Position numbers and translations under genes: made by a program. Below, in pieces: positions 50,103 to 64,000 of a DNA stretch of 64,000 nucleotides. This DNA comes from Octopus sinensis (Eukaryota). The stretch covers positions 70,928,001 through 70,992,000 of the forward strand of contig NC_043009.1 of the NCBI RefSeq assembly GCF_006345805.1, read 5' to 3'. The notes beneath the pieces are model-generated. The model had not been told where the DNA came from. It was given only the letters and a program-made list of their open reading frames with translations, and made no database searches. How positions within the stretch are numbered: the stretch's first letter is position 1; every line of letters starts with the position of its first letter.

Positions 50103-53100
50103 TATGCGCCTACCTATACTATGGAATATAAATATATAATTTATAGAATGTAAAATATAGCAAATATTATTGTATATACATAAATACACATACGCTATCT
50201 ATTTTATATCCATAGTGCATATAAATATGTTTATTATTATATATACGATTAACGTGTGTGTGTGTATCTATATCTATGTATATATGTGAGTGTATGTGTG
50301 TTGGTATATATGTGTGTGTGCATGTATTTGAGTTGTATGGTTTGTGCATGTGTGTGTACATGCATACACACACACGCACATACGCTCTCATACACAAGCT
50401 TTCCTTGAGGGTATTTGACTGATCGGTTGAACCTCAGTTTTGTTTTTCTATTTACACCTGACACTTGTTGCTTTCTCTGTTGCTAACGTAAGTTATGATC
50501 AAAGAATAAAGAAATGAGCAGATACGGGTTCATTCACCTTAGAGAATCCAAAGCACTGATGAACACGCACGCACACACAAACACACACACAAACACACAC
50601 ACACACACAAACACACACAAACACACACAGATACACACACACACACATACACACATATATATATTTTGGTCTCCAACTATTGATATATATGTTACAGTAA
50701 ACCAATAAGAACGAACGTAAATTCCATTGACATGTGTAGGCTGCTGCCCAATTTCTGCATCAGATACATTCAGCATCGCAGCAGAAAATGTTTGGCGAGG
50801 AGCAAGGAAAAGTAAATACTTCTAATGAAATATATTCAAAATAGATAAGCCTTGGGTCGGGGCTTTAAGATAGAAATCTAACTGAGAAAGGATTTACAGC
50901 TCTCAATAAAGGGCGTATCAGATGTTTACAGGCAGATATACAAATTAATCCATGGGAATTCTGAGAATTCAAAAGTATAACATTAAAGATCATAAATTTA
51001 GATGAAGTTATTAAGAATATTACATGTTTGACAGTATAAAATAAAAACAGAAAGATAAAAGATTAATAAAGTAGGAAAGAAATATATGTATTGTGATGAG
51101 GAAATCTCATTCATCCGTTGCTATAAGCCATCCTCTGCAACTGATACAAAATTAGCCAGGTATCTACATTCTCAAATATATCTAAATCAACGCCAATGTA
51201 TTTAGACGCAGAGGCGTGCATAAATACAGGCACACTCCTCTTTACTACGAAGACCATCTTACACGTTCTGATGTATATTCGCAACAATATACATGCCTCA
51301 TATCTATAAATATAAGCTATTCGTAATTTTACACAGAAATACCTCTATAGAGAAACATGTAAATATACGCATATACATACACATACATTCGTACATAATA
51401 TATATTTATATATACGTAGACTGATGGTAAATTTTCTCCTTCAGAGTAGCAGGATATCCTTTTACCTCTTCCGAAATAATCTCAGATTCCAACAAGCCAA
51501 TCGTCTGCACAGTTTTTTGGCATAAGAATGCATCATTTCTCATGTGGATTTCCAGATTTTACAGCAACGCTGACTTCAGGATTGCAATGACTCCTGGCCT
51601 TGTGTATTCTGTTTGCAATCTGTGGTGTAAACTGAATTGTATAGCAAATATCGGAAAATCGAAATCAAATGGACGAACCATCGTTGGCCAGTCATCTCAT
51701 CTCAAGTTTATAATTCAATAATAGTCTCCCACACAACAACAAAGCATATTTGCAAGATGGGATGATTTGTCTTGCTTTGTTTTCTTTTTCGACGAAATAA
51801 ATTTCATGAAATTTTCAAGAAACGGAAATGGCATGTTGAAACGTTTATGCCTCTCCCAAGATTACCATCAACAATTCGGAACTGCTTAGCCTAATCTTAT
51901 ATTGCTCATCTCAAAATGGAAATTTGTCTGTTTTGACAAATTTCAAATTTTCGGAAATAGAATGTGGTAGCTCTCATTGCAATCGCTATGAACGGCGTTA
52001 GCCAAAATATAATCCCAGAAGTGATATATTTCATTTTCTATCGTCTTTAACTGACAAGTTTGCACACCAAATAAATGAATAAATAAATAAACAAACAAAT
52101 AAATAAATATTCAATTGTGCTTATGTGTGATAATTAGGTGTGAAACTCAACTGAGAAGCTCAATAAGTTCAACACATGTCCACACTTGTCACTCGCCGCT
52201 GCGGACAGGCCGCAATTTTGAATTTAATTATTTTAAATTTGTGAATTCTCCTTCATAACGTCCTTGATAAGAATCGCTATTAAAGCCTGTGTCTTTACTT
52301 CTCATTACAAATGTAGTTTCGATTAATTAAAATTTATTTTTGTCTCACATTAAGTATATTAGGTGGCACTTAACTGTTCAACACACTCTGCTATAACAAT
52401 GTCAGCTCTTTGCAACGACAAATTCATTATAGTTAGTTAAGCATGTAATAATATCATCTAATGTCATGTTCATTGAGAGAAATATATTTTCGTCTGGTGA
52501 AGGAATTTCAAATCTGTTGAAGGAAAATCAATCATGAGCGCAAACAATATTTCAGATGTGTGTCATTCAAGGTCAAGTTGGTCACTAAAATCTAGAAATG
52601 ATTCATCATATTAATTATGTTTTCTCTAGAAGTAAATTGTATTTAACTTTATTTATTTATTTATTTGGGAATTTACTTTGCCAATCCAGCTGTTTCTTGT
52701 TTAGTTCCAAATGGATTTACAACCCCCAGACTCACGATCAATGACATTCCTGCCATGACCACCCTGTCATTTTTATTAGCCTAGTGTCGTATCCCAAATT
52801 ATATTATTGAATTAGTCGTTGCTGAGATAGGAGGCGCTAAACAAAGCAGCCTCACTCTCACCAGCTAAAGAGCTTCTTTATGTTTGCCGGAACTGGTAAA
52901 ACTAGCAGCCTAATACTCCTTAAATAACTCCCTACTATCTTAAATGAAATCAATAGAACACTAGAACATGTATTCCTTTGCCTGCCTAAAAAAAGGGGCA
53001 AATCTTGTAATACTTCTGATCATAGATCTTCTTTTTGATCTATAGTGATTTAAGGGGTAGATAATAAGGATCAAAACCATAGGAATGTCACGGGCTCCAC

Positions 53101-53169
53101 CGGGTTTCCAATTAAAATTACAACTAATCTTGTCGGGCTATGAAACTGTCGATGTATTTTTTAATGAAA

Positions 53170-54120
53170 TCAAGGTCCAGTAGTAAAACAATTGATGAGA
53201 CTGCGATGTGCTTCACCTTTCTGAGATAGCGAAGACTTCACTCTAATACTGGAGTTGTGCTTTTCTTTTTGGCCTTGTAGAAATGAAAGGCGATGTCGAT
53301 CTGAACTCACAACACAGAAAACTGGAACAACAATCACAGGTGCTCTCTCTGTGGCTCTTCCGATCTGTGCCAATTCACCTATATTTATTACATTATCTCT
53401 TGATGAGCCAGTGGGAGTAAGCACTAAACGATCACACCAGTTGCTAAAAATAATAACCAAATGTCCATTAAATCACACAGTACCATCTTCAAAATGATGT
53501 CAGTGGAAAAGTCGGGGGTCAATGTCTTTTGATCTACAGACATAGAATAACGAGAGCTGCGGGTGGAACGGTCTACCTTAAGTGAAGTTACAAATCTTGT
53601 TAAGTCAGGGTTCATCTGAGGTTATGTAAGATCTTTCTCTCTCTCTGTCTATATATCTCTCTCTGTCTCTCCCTCTAAATCTCATCTCTCTTTCTCTTTC
53701 CTCTACACCGAGGATACCAGGAGCGATATGCAATTAAGAACCAGCTGGAGGTGAATCTGATCAATGCAGAGGAAAATAAGGAATTATTTGCAAATGCATA
53801 AATACCTCCTTGCATTAGGCAATTAGTTGGCAGATCTCCAGAAGTCGAACAGAATTTAAATGCAATTCCTTCCTTCTGCTGCGTTCTAAGTTCATTACCA
53901 TAGAGGTCAACCTTTTTATTCCTTTCGGTGTCAACAAATAGATTACTGAGAAGAACAAACGACTCCTAATCCGCAAAGAGTCATTTCTTTTCAGTTTCCT
54001 TTTCACGATTGAAGCAATGGCTGTGGTTAGTCCTGGAGAAAGAAGAGCTTCACAAGTTTTAATGTACCGTGTTTCAGTGTAGCATTTCTGTGAATTCAAA
54101 CGGAGCTGAGGGCACATGAA
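53170..54120 (-). pseudogene. possible decayed ORF of an unclassified invertebrate DNA transposon
   Basis: Fragments TPKGIK, STDII and NVINIGELAQ.IGR...LSFLQGQK recall the SIK..ER, DTDV and H.F.GCD.TSAF.GKGK motifs I remember from uncharacterised transposon-associated proteins; heavily degenerate. Confidence 0.3.
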
Positions 54121-54725
54121 ATAAAGGGCCTATATTAAATTCCTGCTTCGTCTCAACCATAATTTTTTTTTTATTTTTCGTATGAGATTTTAGACCCTCA
54201 GTACACGGTTTTACATTTGAATTCAAGCGAAATTTCTCCATCGTCTGAGATAACCCTACCCCGCTTCTATGTGACCGATTAATTTGCTAAATGTAACAAA
54301 TTTTTCTCAGATATACCCTATCTCTTAACTGAAGACGAGATTCTTGCAATTAGAATATCTTTGATCATAGGTCAAGTCCCCTAGATCAAAACTGGTAGGT
54401 GTATTGAAAAACAACAAGAACAAATACAACAATAATAACTGAGAGATAAGCTCATAAGGGACTCTACGTGGTGGTCACTCGACCTACAAGAAACAGCTGT
54501 CAGATCCTTCTCAAATCACAACAGATTATCTTACAATGTATGATATATTTGTATATAATGTCTGGGCAAAGGCGTGGAACGTCTTTAAAATAGTAGTAAA
54601 TAGCACGGGAAGAAATTATTTGGGGCTTATCCACAATTATATTTTCACTAAGTTGCAAAATTGCAACCTTAGCAAACCGTGTCTTTAGAAAATGTTCATT
54701 CTTTACTTCATTTTCAAGACATATA

Positions 54726-55960
54726 TTAGGTTGTCCCAAAAATAATGGCCGCTCTAAGTGTAGTGATTTCAAACGCAATTTTATCATAGCATTTTAATGA
54801 TATTTTGGGTGAATTCCTACATACTTAATAATTGATGTATGCTCTTTAATAATTTTCTACTTATTTCAGACAGAAAACATTCTTGAAGCAGAGGCGCCTT
54901 TAATTATAAACATGACCAAAAAAGATCTTCGCTTACTTTTCTTGCATGGGTCCGATCTTGGGCACAATGCCTCCCAAACTGCTGCCAATATCAACAGAGC
55001 ATGGGGTGAGGGGTCCACAAGTGATCGCACAGTACGATGGTGGTTTCAGAAATTCCGTAGAGGTGAGGAGAGCCTTGAACATGAGAATGGTCATGAAGTC
55101 TTGACAATGAACAATTGAAAGCAATTGTTGAACAAAACCCACGTCAAAATGTCAGAGAAATGTCTCTGGCACTTGATGTTGCTATTTGCAACAGTCTCAC
55201 GCAATCTGCAGGTGTTTAGTAAGGTGAAAAATCTCGATATAAATGGGTACCGCATGAGTTCAATGAAAATCAAAATGTTCAACGTTTTGAAGTGTGCTCG
55301 ATGCTCTTTCTGCGAAACACTAATGATCCTTTTCTTGAACGAATAGTCACTTGTAACGAAAAGTGAATCCTTTATGATAACCGTAAACAATCAGGCCAAT
55401 GGCTTGATCGTGATGAGTCCCCCAAACATTTCCCAAGGCCAAAGTTGCATTAGCAAAAGATTGTGGTGACTGTCTACAATTGGTGTTGTCCATCATTGCT
55501 TTCCGGAAGCCAATCAGAGCATTACAGCAGAGGTTTATTGCAATCAACTCGCTGAAATGAGAGCTGCATTAGTGAATCGGCGTGGCCCAATTCTGCTCCA
55601 TGATAATGCACAGTCACATGTTGCAAGAATGACGCTGCAGAAACTTACAGACTTGGGATGCGAGACTTTACCACATCCTCCATATTCTCCTGATTTTTCA
55701 CCCACTGACTACCATTTTTCAAGCATTTAAGTGATAAAGCTTTCAGATCCAAACGAGAGAGGGAATCAGATTTCAAAAATTTCTTAGCAGCAAAGCCAAT
55801 ACGTTTTTATCAACGAGGCATAAATAATCTCGTTGACCGATGACAAAAATGCATTGATGTTCACGGCTCATACTTTGACTAATAAAAACATTTCTATTGT
55901 TAATTTTTCCAGAATAAAATTATAGTTCTGAAATCGGCCATTATTTTCGGAACAACCTAA
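54726..55960 (+). mobile_element. full-length, inactive mariner (cecropia subfamily, Hsmar1-like)
   Basis: 26-bp TIRs TTAGGTTGTCCCAAAAATAATGGCCG / CGGCCATTATTTTCGGAACAACCTAA, TA TSDs (54724-5, 55961-2). Transposase MTKKDLRLLFLH..GHNASQTAANINRAWGEGSTSDRTVRWWFQKFRRGEESLE, HDNAQSHVA, PPYSPDFSPTDYHFFKHL, with stops and frameshifts. Confidence 0.95.
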
Positions 55961-58469
55961 TATTATGTAAAAACAAAGTACGCAAATGGAAAATGTATCA
56001 AGAAGGGATCGAAATCAAATGACAATCGCCACGCATTTTAGGATTACATGACAACTCAAATTGCTAGAAACAGCAGCATTATTTCAATCGGATCACATAT
56101 TGTGATATTAAAAATAGAGGATTCATTGCAAAAGAGAAAACGACAGGGTGGCGACAGCCTAAGGCATCTGACCTGAGTCTGTTCGGTTAGAGATGGAAAA
56201 TAACAATGGATGCGTTAGATAATGCTGTCCCAGACAACAAAAAATAATAAATAAATGAAATTGTTACAAATTTGAAAACAGTAAACAAAGTCAACTTGGT
56301 CAAGCGAATCATAAAATTACAAATTATGAAAATAAAATAATGAAAAATCCTAAAATAGGTTGAATGGTGAAAGATATTTGATTCGCTACGTTTCTTACAA
56401 TCCTACATTAAAACTCTCTGTATAAACCACTTATTAATAACTTCTACTCGAGTGGGTCACTTAATGAGTAATTAAAATAGAATTTGATAACCTAAAGTCA
56501 TAGACGTATGTGTGTGTGTGTGTTTGTTTAGAAATGTGCGTGAGTATCTGAACGCGTGCATACATATGTGCGTGCGTGTGTGTGTGTACTTATCTGCATG
56601 CATATACATATACACACTCAAATGTGTGTGTGTGTGAACAAAATAATAATGACAATGCACAACTCAGCTGAAAGAATTGTATCATTTTTTGATATTTTAA
56701 ATAGAAAATCAAAATTGTCAAATCGTTTTAGAATGTAATAATTATTTTTCCATTCAGCTGCAACTGTTTACAAACTCAGAACGATTCAAGATGAAGGAGT
56801 TGCTTGCTTTTTAAGTAGATTTCAATAACAGTCTGCATCGTTTCGCTTTGTATAAAAGTATTTCTTGTAGCAAATCATGATATTCACAGTTATTATCAAA
56901 TCCACCATTTAAGTACTTTTTTATATTTCGTAATAAATTATTTTTCATTATTCTCAATACATTCGAGCCGATTTGAACGTGAACATGCTGATCGTTTTAG
57001 TATTTTGTTACCTGAAAATATCTCCTCTTTTTGGATGATGTATGTTTATAAGAGATGCGATTCCCTGACGTAAGTAAACGTTGACTCATGCTAATGTAAA
57101 CCAACTAAACAAGAGCCAGTATGCACGTGAGATTCATTAATCGAGGTCATTTAAGTGAAAAGGGACACAATACGATCGAACACCATGCTGTCTCAAAATC
57201 CCTAGATGTCAGTGAACCGCGGACATTACGCAAACACATCTCCTAATCGGAGATGTTCAACGACGACGAAATATAACAACGATCAGCGTATTTACATTCG
57301 AAACCGCCACACGGTGTATTAAGAATGCATAGAAAACATATTTCTTTCTACATCCAGTGTTACTCAGTCGGCGAACGAGAGTAATTGTAAATTGTAAATT
57401 ATTTTAAAATTAGGTGAGTTTGTTCCTGATCCTTTCACAGCTTATCGGATTTTTTTCAACTGGCTAATTAGTGGTTTGTTGTGTTTCGATTCTGTAATAA
57501 AATTCCGGTTTGCCGCCATAATTTTCCAAACATCTTCATGTTCACATAGCAAAGTCTCTTTTATATTAAATGTTTGCCTGAGCTTTCTCTTAAATACAGA
57601 CATACAATTTCGTATTTCGTGGTTTTGCAAAATTTCGATTGGAAACATGTCTATTAATTGTTGACCGACTTACCATATTTTCCAATGTCTCTGACTGCCT
57701 TTTGCATTCGATGCTTCGTCGATTTCTAAGAGTTCTTTAAATGATTTTTCGATTTTCATATAAAATAAGTTTTTATGTGATCAAATATTCCAACAGTTCT
57801 ACAATTGGAATTTACCTGGTTTTTTCTTCTTTATCACTTATTACATCTTAATATTTATATTTTTCTTTTCTATTCGGTTTGTAAGAAAAATTTGACTAAC
57901 ATTGGAAAAAGTTCTAAGAAAAGGATTTAGTGGATAGTAAAGTTCTATATTCAATGTGGGAAAATATGATAGAATGGTCCCCACTGGAGTGTTGCTGAGC
58001 CCTACTCTGTTCAGTCATTAATCTGGGGCTCAACCGCAAGAATGCAGACTCAGGTATTCGATTACATAAATTACAGAAGAGCAGATACACAGCATCCACA
58101 GAAACGCGCGCACAAATACACACCAACAAACACACACATACACATATATACACACGTAAACAAACACACACACAAGAACGCCAACTGAGCTCCTGATGTT
58201 GTAAGACTTGTGGAACATTTTTGTAGGGAGAAATATGAAGATTAAATAGATATTGTAGTTACTTCGAATTGAATTGAACTGATAGAAGGCACGGCCATTG
58301 CAGCAGAAATGAGTTAAACGAAACAAGAACTTGGAGTATTGATTCTTTGGTAATTGAGAGGAACTTTGAACATCATTTGGAAAAATGAAATTATGGACAT
58401 CTTCTCAGGGTGAGCTAAAATGGGAGGCAAATAAGTGTGCGTGCGCGCGTGCGTGTTTGTTTGGTTATC

Positions 58470-58620
58470 CGTCAGTTTCCACAAGACTGATTTTGTTGTT
58501 GGATCATCGGAACCAGCCGTTTATAGAATTAACGCTTTGGCGACCGGGACATATATCGTTAATGATAATCTCGGGCAGAATCAGCGTGACACAGAATATG
58601 CCAAAACCGTTCTTCTGGAA
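58470..58620 (+). mobile_element. short repeat family C, diverged
   Basis: GATCATCGGAACCAGCC...GAATTAACG...AATCAGCGTGACACAGA; similar to 24490-24650. Confidence 0.5.
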
Positions 58621-58829
58621 CGCAAATATAATCCGTCCAACTGACTACTTACATTATTTTCCGTCTCCTTATTTATAGTTAGAAGGTTATGTCGAGCCAC
58701 AGCTATAGGAAATGACGTTTACACAAGATTGAACTCGGTACTATATATATAGTCGATAGTATGCCTATATGCGTGTATGTTCATGAATGTGTGTATATGT
58801 GTCTGTGTCCTGAGTATGACATTGAACTG

Positions 58830-60290
58830 TGTACCTCGCCCTGAAGCCCTGGGTTCAAAGGCCCCAGTCAGAAAATTCCAGGGTTTGAGGAGTGTGAAAC
58901 TACCTATCAACCACTATTGTACCCAGACCTGCTCTGACCCAAAGTAGTAGCAACAGCTTGGCTCCTGGTTATGGGTTAATTAGCATGTCTCGGATTTGAG
59001 TCCAGAAGGAGGTCATTCCCACGCACCATCTCCAGGAGAGATGACGCTCTTCGGCTCAGATTCTGGACACAGACTTTTCTAGACTGATGATCATTTCCCA
59101 GAGACCGTGGTCAGATGTGGATTTCGTATCCTACTGTGACAGTGTAGACATTTTTGGGCGTCACACTGCTCTCCCAATCGGGACTGAGGACTAAAAAGAA
59201 AGCTGAAACAAAGTCTTCTCCACCTGAAATTGCCAGGCAACTGTTCCTGGTTGATCATCGAATGATGTGGTCGACGGAAGAGAATAACTTATCGGACTTG
59301 ACCCAACTAAACAACCTGGGAATTAATTCTCGGCTCATGGAATGTTAGAACACTGCTAGATAGTAAAGAGAGATTAGAAGACAGAACTGCTCTAATAGCC
59401 AGAACACGCAGTAGATACAAATGAGCGAGTTGTGATTTGCCGAAGAGGCTCAGTTAGAGGAGATCAGCGTGTGCTATTCTTCTGCACTCAGAAATCCAAA
59501 AAGGAGCCCAGACAAGCAGGTGTAGGTGTTGCATCAGATCTCAGCTTGATAACAAGCTCAACTCACTGTCAAAAGGTATTAATGAATGTTTCACAATATC
59601 CAGCATGAATGGATGAAGCTAAAGAAGCTTTCTGTGATGACTTCAGTAGAATAATTAAAGGAGAGCCATACAAAGACAAGATAATCCCCCTGAAGACTAA
59701 GTCCCCAGTTTGTGAGGACGACCCTACATGGAAGCAAGTACTAGGAAGGCACCGCATTGGAATGAAGAAGCTTGATGGTGGCCTACTCTTAAGCTAAGAA
59801 TTACTAACGCAGTCTTCTGACAAACCATCAAAAGAGGCTGAGTGCAAGCCAGATTAAGCGAATGGCTTCTGATTGAATATGTGATTCTATTGCAGGGAGC
59901 CCACAATGGTTTTTACATTGTACGCTTGCTAGGGGTGCGAACTGCTGGTCAGACCACCAGCTAGTCAAGAGCATCATACCCTGAAACAACCTAGACATAG
60001 AACCAAACCTGTAAGGAGGTTCAACATATCTCCACTCAAGGCAAAGGGAAAATGTACTGAACAAATGGACACCCCGAACAAAGCCCTGATATTGATTACT
60101 CTTTCCGACAATCAACACTAAACAGATATATATATGTGTGTGTTTGTGTATGTACGTGATGTATTTTTGTGTGTGCGTATATATGTGTGTGTAATTCACT
60201 AAGGAGAGAAGCTACCAAAATCTAGCATGGTTGACCCCGCGTTTCTTCAAATGATTGCCTCCTTACATCAAAGAAACGTGTACTTTGCTC
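58830..60290 (+). mobile_element. decayed RTE LINE 5' part (UTR, AP endonuclease, RT scrap)
   Basis: LILGSWNVRTLLDSKERLEDRTALIAR, RQAGVG and DEAKEAFCDDF are RTE APE motifs; PAFLQMIASLH after a (TG)n insertion. Confidence 0.75.
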
Positions 60291-60319
60291 ATATTTCGAG
60301 GGAGATTTTTATGTCACGT

Positions 60320-60480
60320 CTATTGCTAAGTGACAGCTTGATTCTGGTCTTGTTTCGCCATTCAAAACAGCTCACACATTCTAAAGCCCTATTGTATTTG
60401 CTCAAAAGCCAGATCCGCTTCCGAAATGAAATGCTGCTCCTACGTTTAGATTCCTTTCTTCAATCGCCTTTTCTACTCTA
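60320..60480 (+). mobile_element. CR1/L2-type RT C-terminal scrap
   Basis: LVLFRHSKQLTHSKALLYLLKSQIR resembles LGLLFR..YF....LL.LYKAQIRP. Confidence 0.45.
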
Positions 60481-61999
60481 CGGAATGAATCGAGTCGTAC
60501 TTCATTTGGAAATTATCTCTTCCCCCACCCCATTGCTAAGATGTTCCTAGTTTAACCCATTTCTTCAATGGTAACTATCCAGAATATTGATTCCTCTCCT
60601 TATCGGAAGTCACTTGGCCAAATTTGGTGTAAGGCGTCCATGATTCCTGAAGATTTACCGAAGTAGCGGCAGATTACATGCACAAAGCGATTGACTGCAG
60701 GACTGCTGAATAACGAAATAAACTTTTTCAAGTGCTTACCTCAGAACCGAACTTAATCTCATAAAATCCAGGCTTAACAATCACCTAGTTTAATGACAGC
60801 AGTTTCTTTTAATGAAATTATTTTATCAGATCTTTGACAATTATCTCATTTAATTAGCTCCTTTATTGTCACTTCAGTTACTCGATGTCACTGACATCTG
60901 TTCTCTCTGTCAGTTTTTTTTTATTACTTTATCATTATATTTTATGTATTTAATCAATTATTTTATTGCCATATTGTACTTATTATTCTAAACGTACATG
61001 TACATAGACAGGTTTAGTGGCATTATCACCGCACCTCATTCTTCCACATTCTCTAGAAATATCATCTGTGCCTTGCAGGGAGGATTTTAAACCAAAACTT
61101 TTATATGTATGCTTGTATGGTTGTGTGTGTGTATGTGTGTACCTGAATGTGTGTATGTGTGTACCTCTCTCTTAAACAAACAACAAAGAAAAGAAAAAAC
61201 ACACATGTATGTGCGTGCATATATATAAAGAGAATTTTGCATTTATAATATAAATTTAATAAAAGAAACTGAGAAAATAGAGCGACATTAAAAAAAACAA
61301 CGGATATTTAAAGGTTTGAGAGACAAGGCAAGCAGTATGTCTAATTATTGAGAAAACTGTTTGTCTGAAAGAAATCGGTGAAGTAGAGTGTGATCGTCAT
61401 ATGATCAAAACTGTCACGTATGTAAAACAATTTTATTCTTATATTTTCTTCCATTTGGAAGAGGGAATCATTTTCATTTAATATTTTAACTTTTTGGATG
61501 CGATAAGCGGTTTAAGATATTTGAATATTCTAAATTGTTTATGCATAGAAGATACAAACACTGTAGGAAAAGAGATTGGAAAATGATTTTATAGCATTCT
61601 GAACTGCGAAACAGTTCAGGTCTGCTGGAATGGTTTGGCAAAACACATTAATCTGCTTTTAGTGATATAGTTTTGGGTTATTAGATTTAAAATTCCAGCT
61701 AAATCTAGATCTATATTGACAAAATCGTATATGCATTTCTTAGTTGAAGACGAAAACGTCTAAAAATCTTGGTTGTCACGATACATCGTTTCGTAACTGT
61801 TCATTTCTACCGAAGTGCAGTAAATGAATTCGTCGTATTTCTATTTACGGTCAAGCGGATATTGATTCGGGCGATTGCCGCCGCTACAAGTTTGTGACTG
61901 TTGCACCGAAGAAGACGCAATAAGTTTCATGCAAATGTTTGGACTTGAGCGGGACCGAGTGTCTAGACGACAGGTAGAGAAGTGAGTGGTGGGGTGATG

Positions 62000-62230
62000 C
62001 AAGAAACAGCTAGATGGTGAATGTTAGCGACTGAATACCATTTAGCTGAGTGGTCATTGTCTCTACGTTGGTGGAGAGGATTTTAGAAAGTGCTCCATCA
62101 ACACATGCTGCAATGAGGTGATCAGCTAGACAGCTGCTGATCCAAAGGATGAGATATGGGTAGGCCCAATGGGGAGGACATCTCGATAAGAAATTCACAT
62201 GCCATAGGAATTTGAACACCTCGTTGGTAT
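62000..62230 (-). mobile_element. CR1/L2-type RT scrap
   Basis: FKFLWHVNFLSRCPPHWAYPYLILWISSCLADHLIAACVDGALS resembles FD.VWH..LL.KL...G....LI.WI.SFL.DRSI.V.VDG.LS. Confidence 0.55.
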
Positions 62231-63044
62231 CTAATGCAATAACATTGTTTTACTGAATTTCTACAGCAAGATCCCTCAGGTGAGTGACATAAGAATAGAC
62301 CGCCAGTGGATTTGGTTTTTAGAAGCCAGAATGGTGGAAAGAAGGATTCAAAATTTGGAGAACGTTATGGCCAAGGACTGAGATGTTAGAGTTGAAAGCA
62401 AATAGGACTAAAGTTAGTTTGCTCAGAGTGGCTACTGCTATGCTTTTCAGGCATGCTTTCAAATGTCAGGATGTAACCACACAGAAAGTGAGAGATTGAA
62501 GTACAGACGAGCAAGTACAGACGTGAGGGGTGCAAGATTGTCAGGACAAGTAGTTCTTTAAGCAACTGGGGCTATTTCTTCATCTGGGGTGCCTGTATTT
62601 GGGGCGAGCGCTTACTGACGTGAAATAGTATTATTTAGAAGGAACTGGCCAATGATTCTTAGTGTAGAGATAGATTCAAATATGGTACCAAAGAGGGATG
62701 CTTTCTCCATGCTTTTCCTTTGGCCTCTTTTGGCAGTTCTTGTGCAGATCATAATTGAATATGCTTCACCAGTTTTTCGATGTTCTAATATCATTTCCTT
62801 CACAATCACTAATTGCTCGTAGACTCATATTTCCATACGTGCTTCACACTTGTTATGTGTAATGAATGACCTTCAAGTGATTTGTGCTGATAAAAGTAAG
62901 CGGTGGTAAAGGAAACGGTTAAAGAAGTTGTGTAAAAAAAAATAGTAGTTATTATCATCATCATCATCACCATCGCCGTCGTCACCGTCGTCATCATCAT
63001 CAGCAGCAGCATCATTACCATCAAATCTGTCTTCCTCTTTATTA

Positions 63045-63232
63045 TTATATATGTACGTGCATATATATATATATGGTGGTGTGTTTACTGGCACATACAT
63101 ATAAATATGCATATTTATAAGAGTAGGTATGTCTGTATAAGAAAGCCTTGCTTCTATGAGAGTGCTGACATATGTATGTGTATGTATACGATAATATGAA
63201 AGAATACATTGCATATGCATAATATATGTATG

Positions 63233-63282
<50 letters not shown>

Positions 63283-63500
63283 GTACGTATGTATGTGTAT
63301 ATATATATATATATGTATAAATGTGCGTGTATATATATATATATATACATATATGTATGTACATGTATATGTATACATATTTATATGTATGTATGTACAT
63401 GTGTATGTATATGTATGTATATAGGTGTATGTGTAAATATATAAATATGTATGCACGTGTGTATACACAGGCACACACACATAAACATATATATAATGAC
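63045..63500. repeat. degenerate (TA)n/(TATG)n tract
   Basis: Direct reading. Confidence 0.9.
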
Positions 63501-63737
63501 GATGATGATTATGTAAACATTGTTTCGGAGTGAGTCATTTTGTTTATTTGTCTATTGGTTTTCTACAGTGATTTTCTTTTATTTGTTTTCGTTCTATTCT
63601 TTTTCTTTTTTTTCTTTTTTGTTCTCTGTATCGATTCTTGTGAGGATAGAAACACTGTGTATATTCATGAAAACTTGTTTTCGCTTCAGTAAACGAACTT
63701 TTATGAAAACTATGCTAACCTTTAGCGCTGACGACAA

Positions 63738-63974
63738 GCTTCTTCTTTCTTCTTCTTCTTTCTTTCTGTCTTCCCCTTCTTCTTCTTCTTCTTCTTCTTC
63801 TTCTTCTTCTTCTTCTTCTTCTTTCTTCTTCTTCTTCTCCTCCTCCTCCTTCTTCTTCTTCTTTCTTTCTTCCCCTTCTTCTTCTTCTCTTCTTCTTCTT
63901 CTCTTCTTCTTCTTCTTCTTCTTCTTCTTCTTCTCCTCCTCCTCCCCCTCCTCCTCCTCCTTCTTCTTCTTCTT
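63738..63974. repeat. (CTT)n/(CCT)n pure polypyrimidine tract
   Basis: Direct reading. Confidence 0.97.
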
Positions 63975-64000
63975 GCATCATATTCTGCTCCACTTTGCCA

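Noticed and set aside
59080-59125. CTGATGA in the RTE 5' region; possible HDV-like ribozyme in the RTE UTR
   Set aside because: No hammerhead partner motifs. I could not thread an HDV double pseudoknot by eye; it needs a descriptor search.

Overview
AT-rich, microsatellite-dense eukaryotic (animal) DNA, most likely intronic or intergenic. The short interspersed repeats resemble those I recall from Octopus/coleoid cephalopod genomes; this is recall, not a database match. No complete host gene, rRNA, true tRNA or CRISPR array is supported, and most listed ORFs are microsatellite translations or antisense frames. The window is a transposon graveyard: a MULE derivative, a Penelope-like (GIY-YIG) remnant, two young 5'-truncated LINEs with open RT frames (RTE, CR1), older RTE, CR1/L2, Tx1/L1 and restriction-like-endonuclease LINE fragments, two full-length dead mariners, a Tc1/mariner MITE, a Helitron remnant and several SINE families. 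The most interesting signal is RNA-level: about ten hammerhead-ribozyme-like motifs of the minimal, palindromic-stem-III type associated with Penelope elements. Three lie within about 750 bp at 46.1-46.9 kb: one in a tRNA-headed SINE, one with an intact core and two GUC sites 93 nt apart (a candidate mini-retrozyme/circular RNA unit), and one near-perfect copy on the opposite strand. All structures were paired by eye, and activity is untested. Boundaries of decayed elements are approximate.
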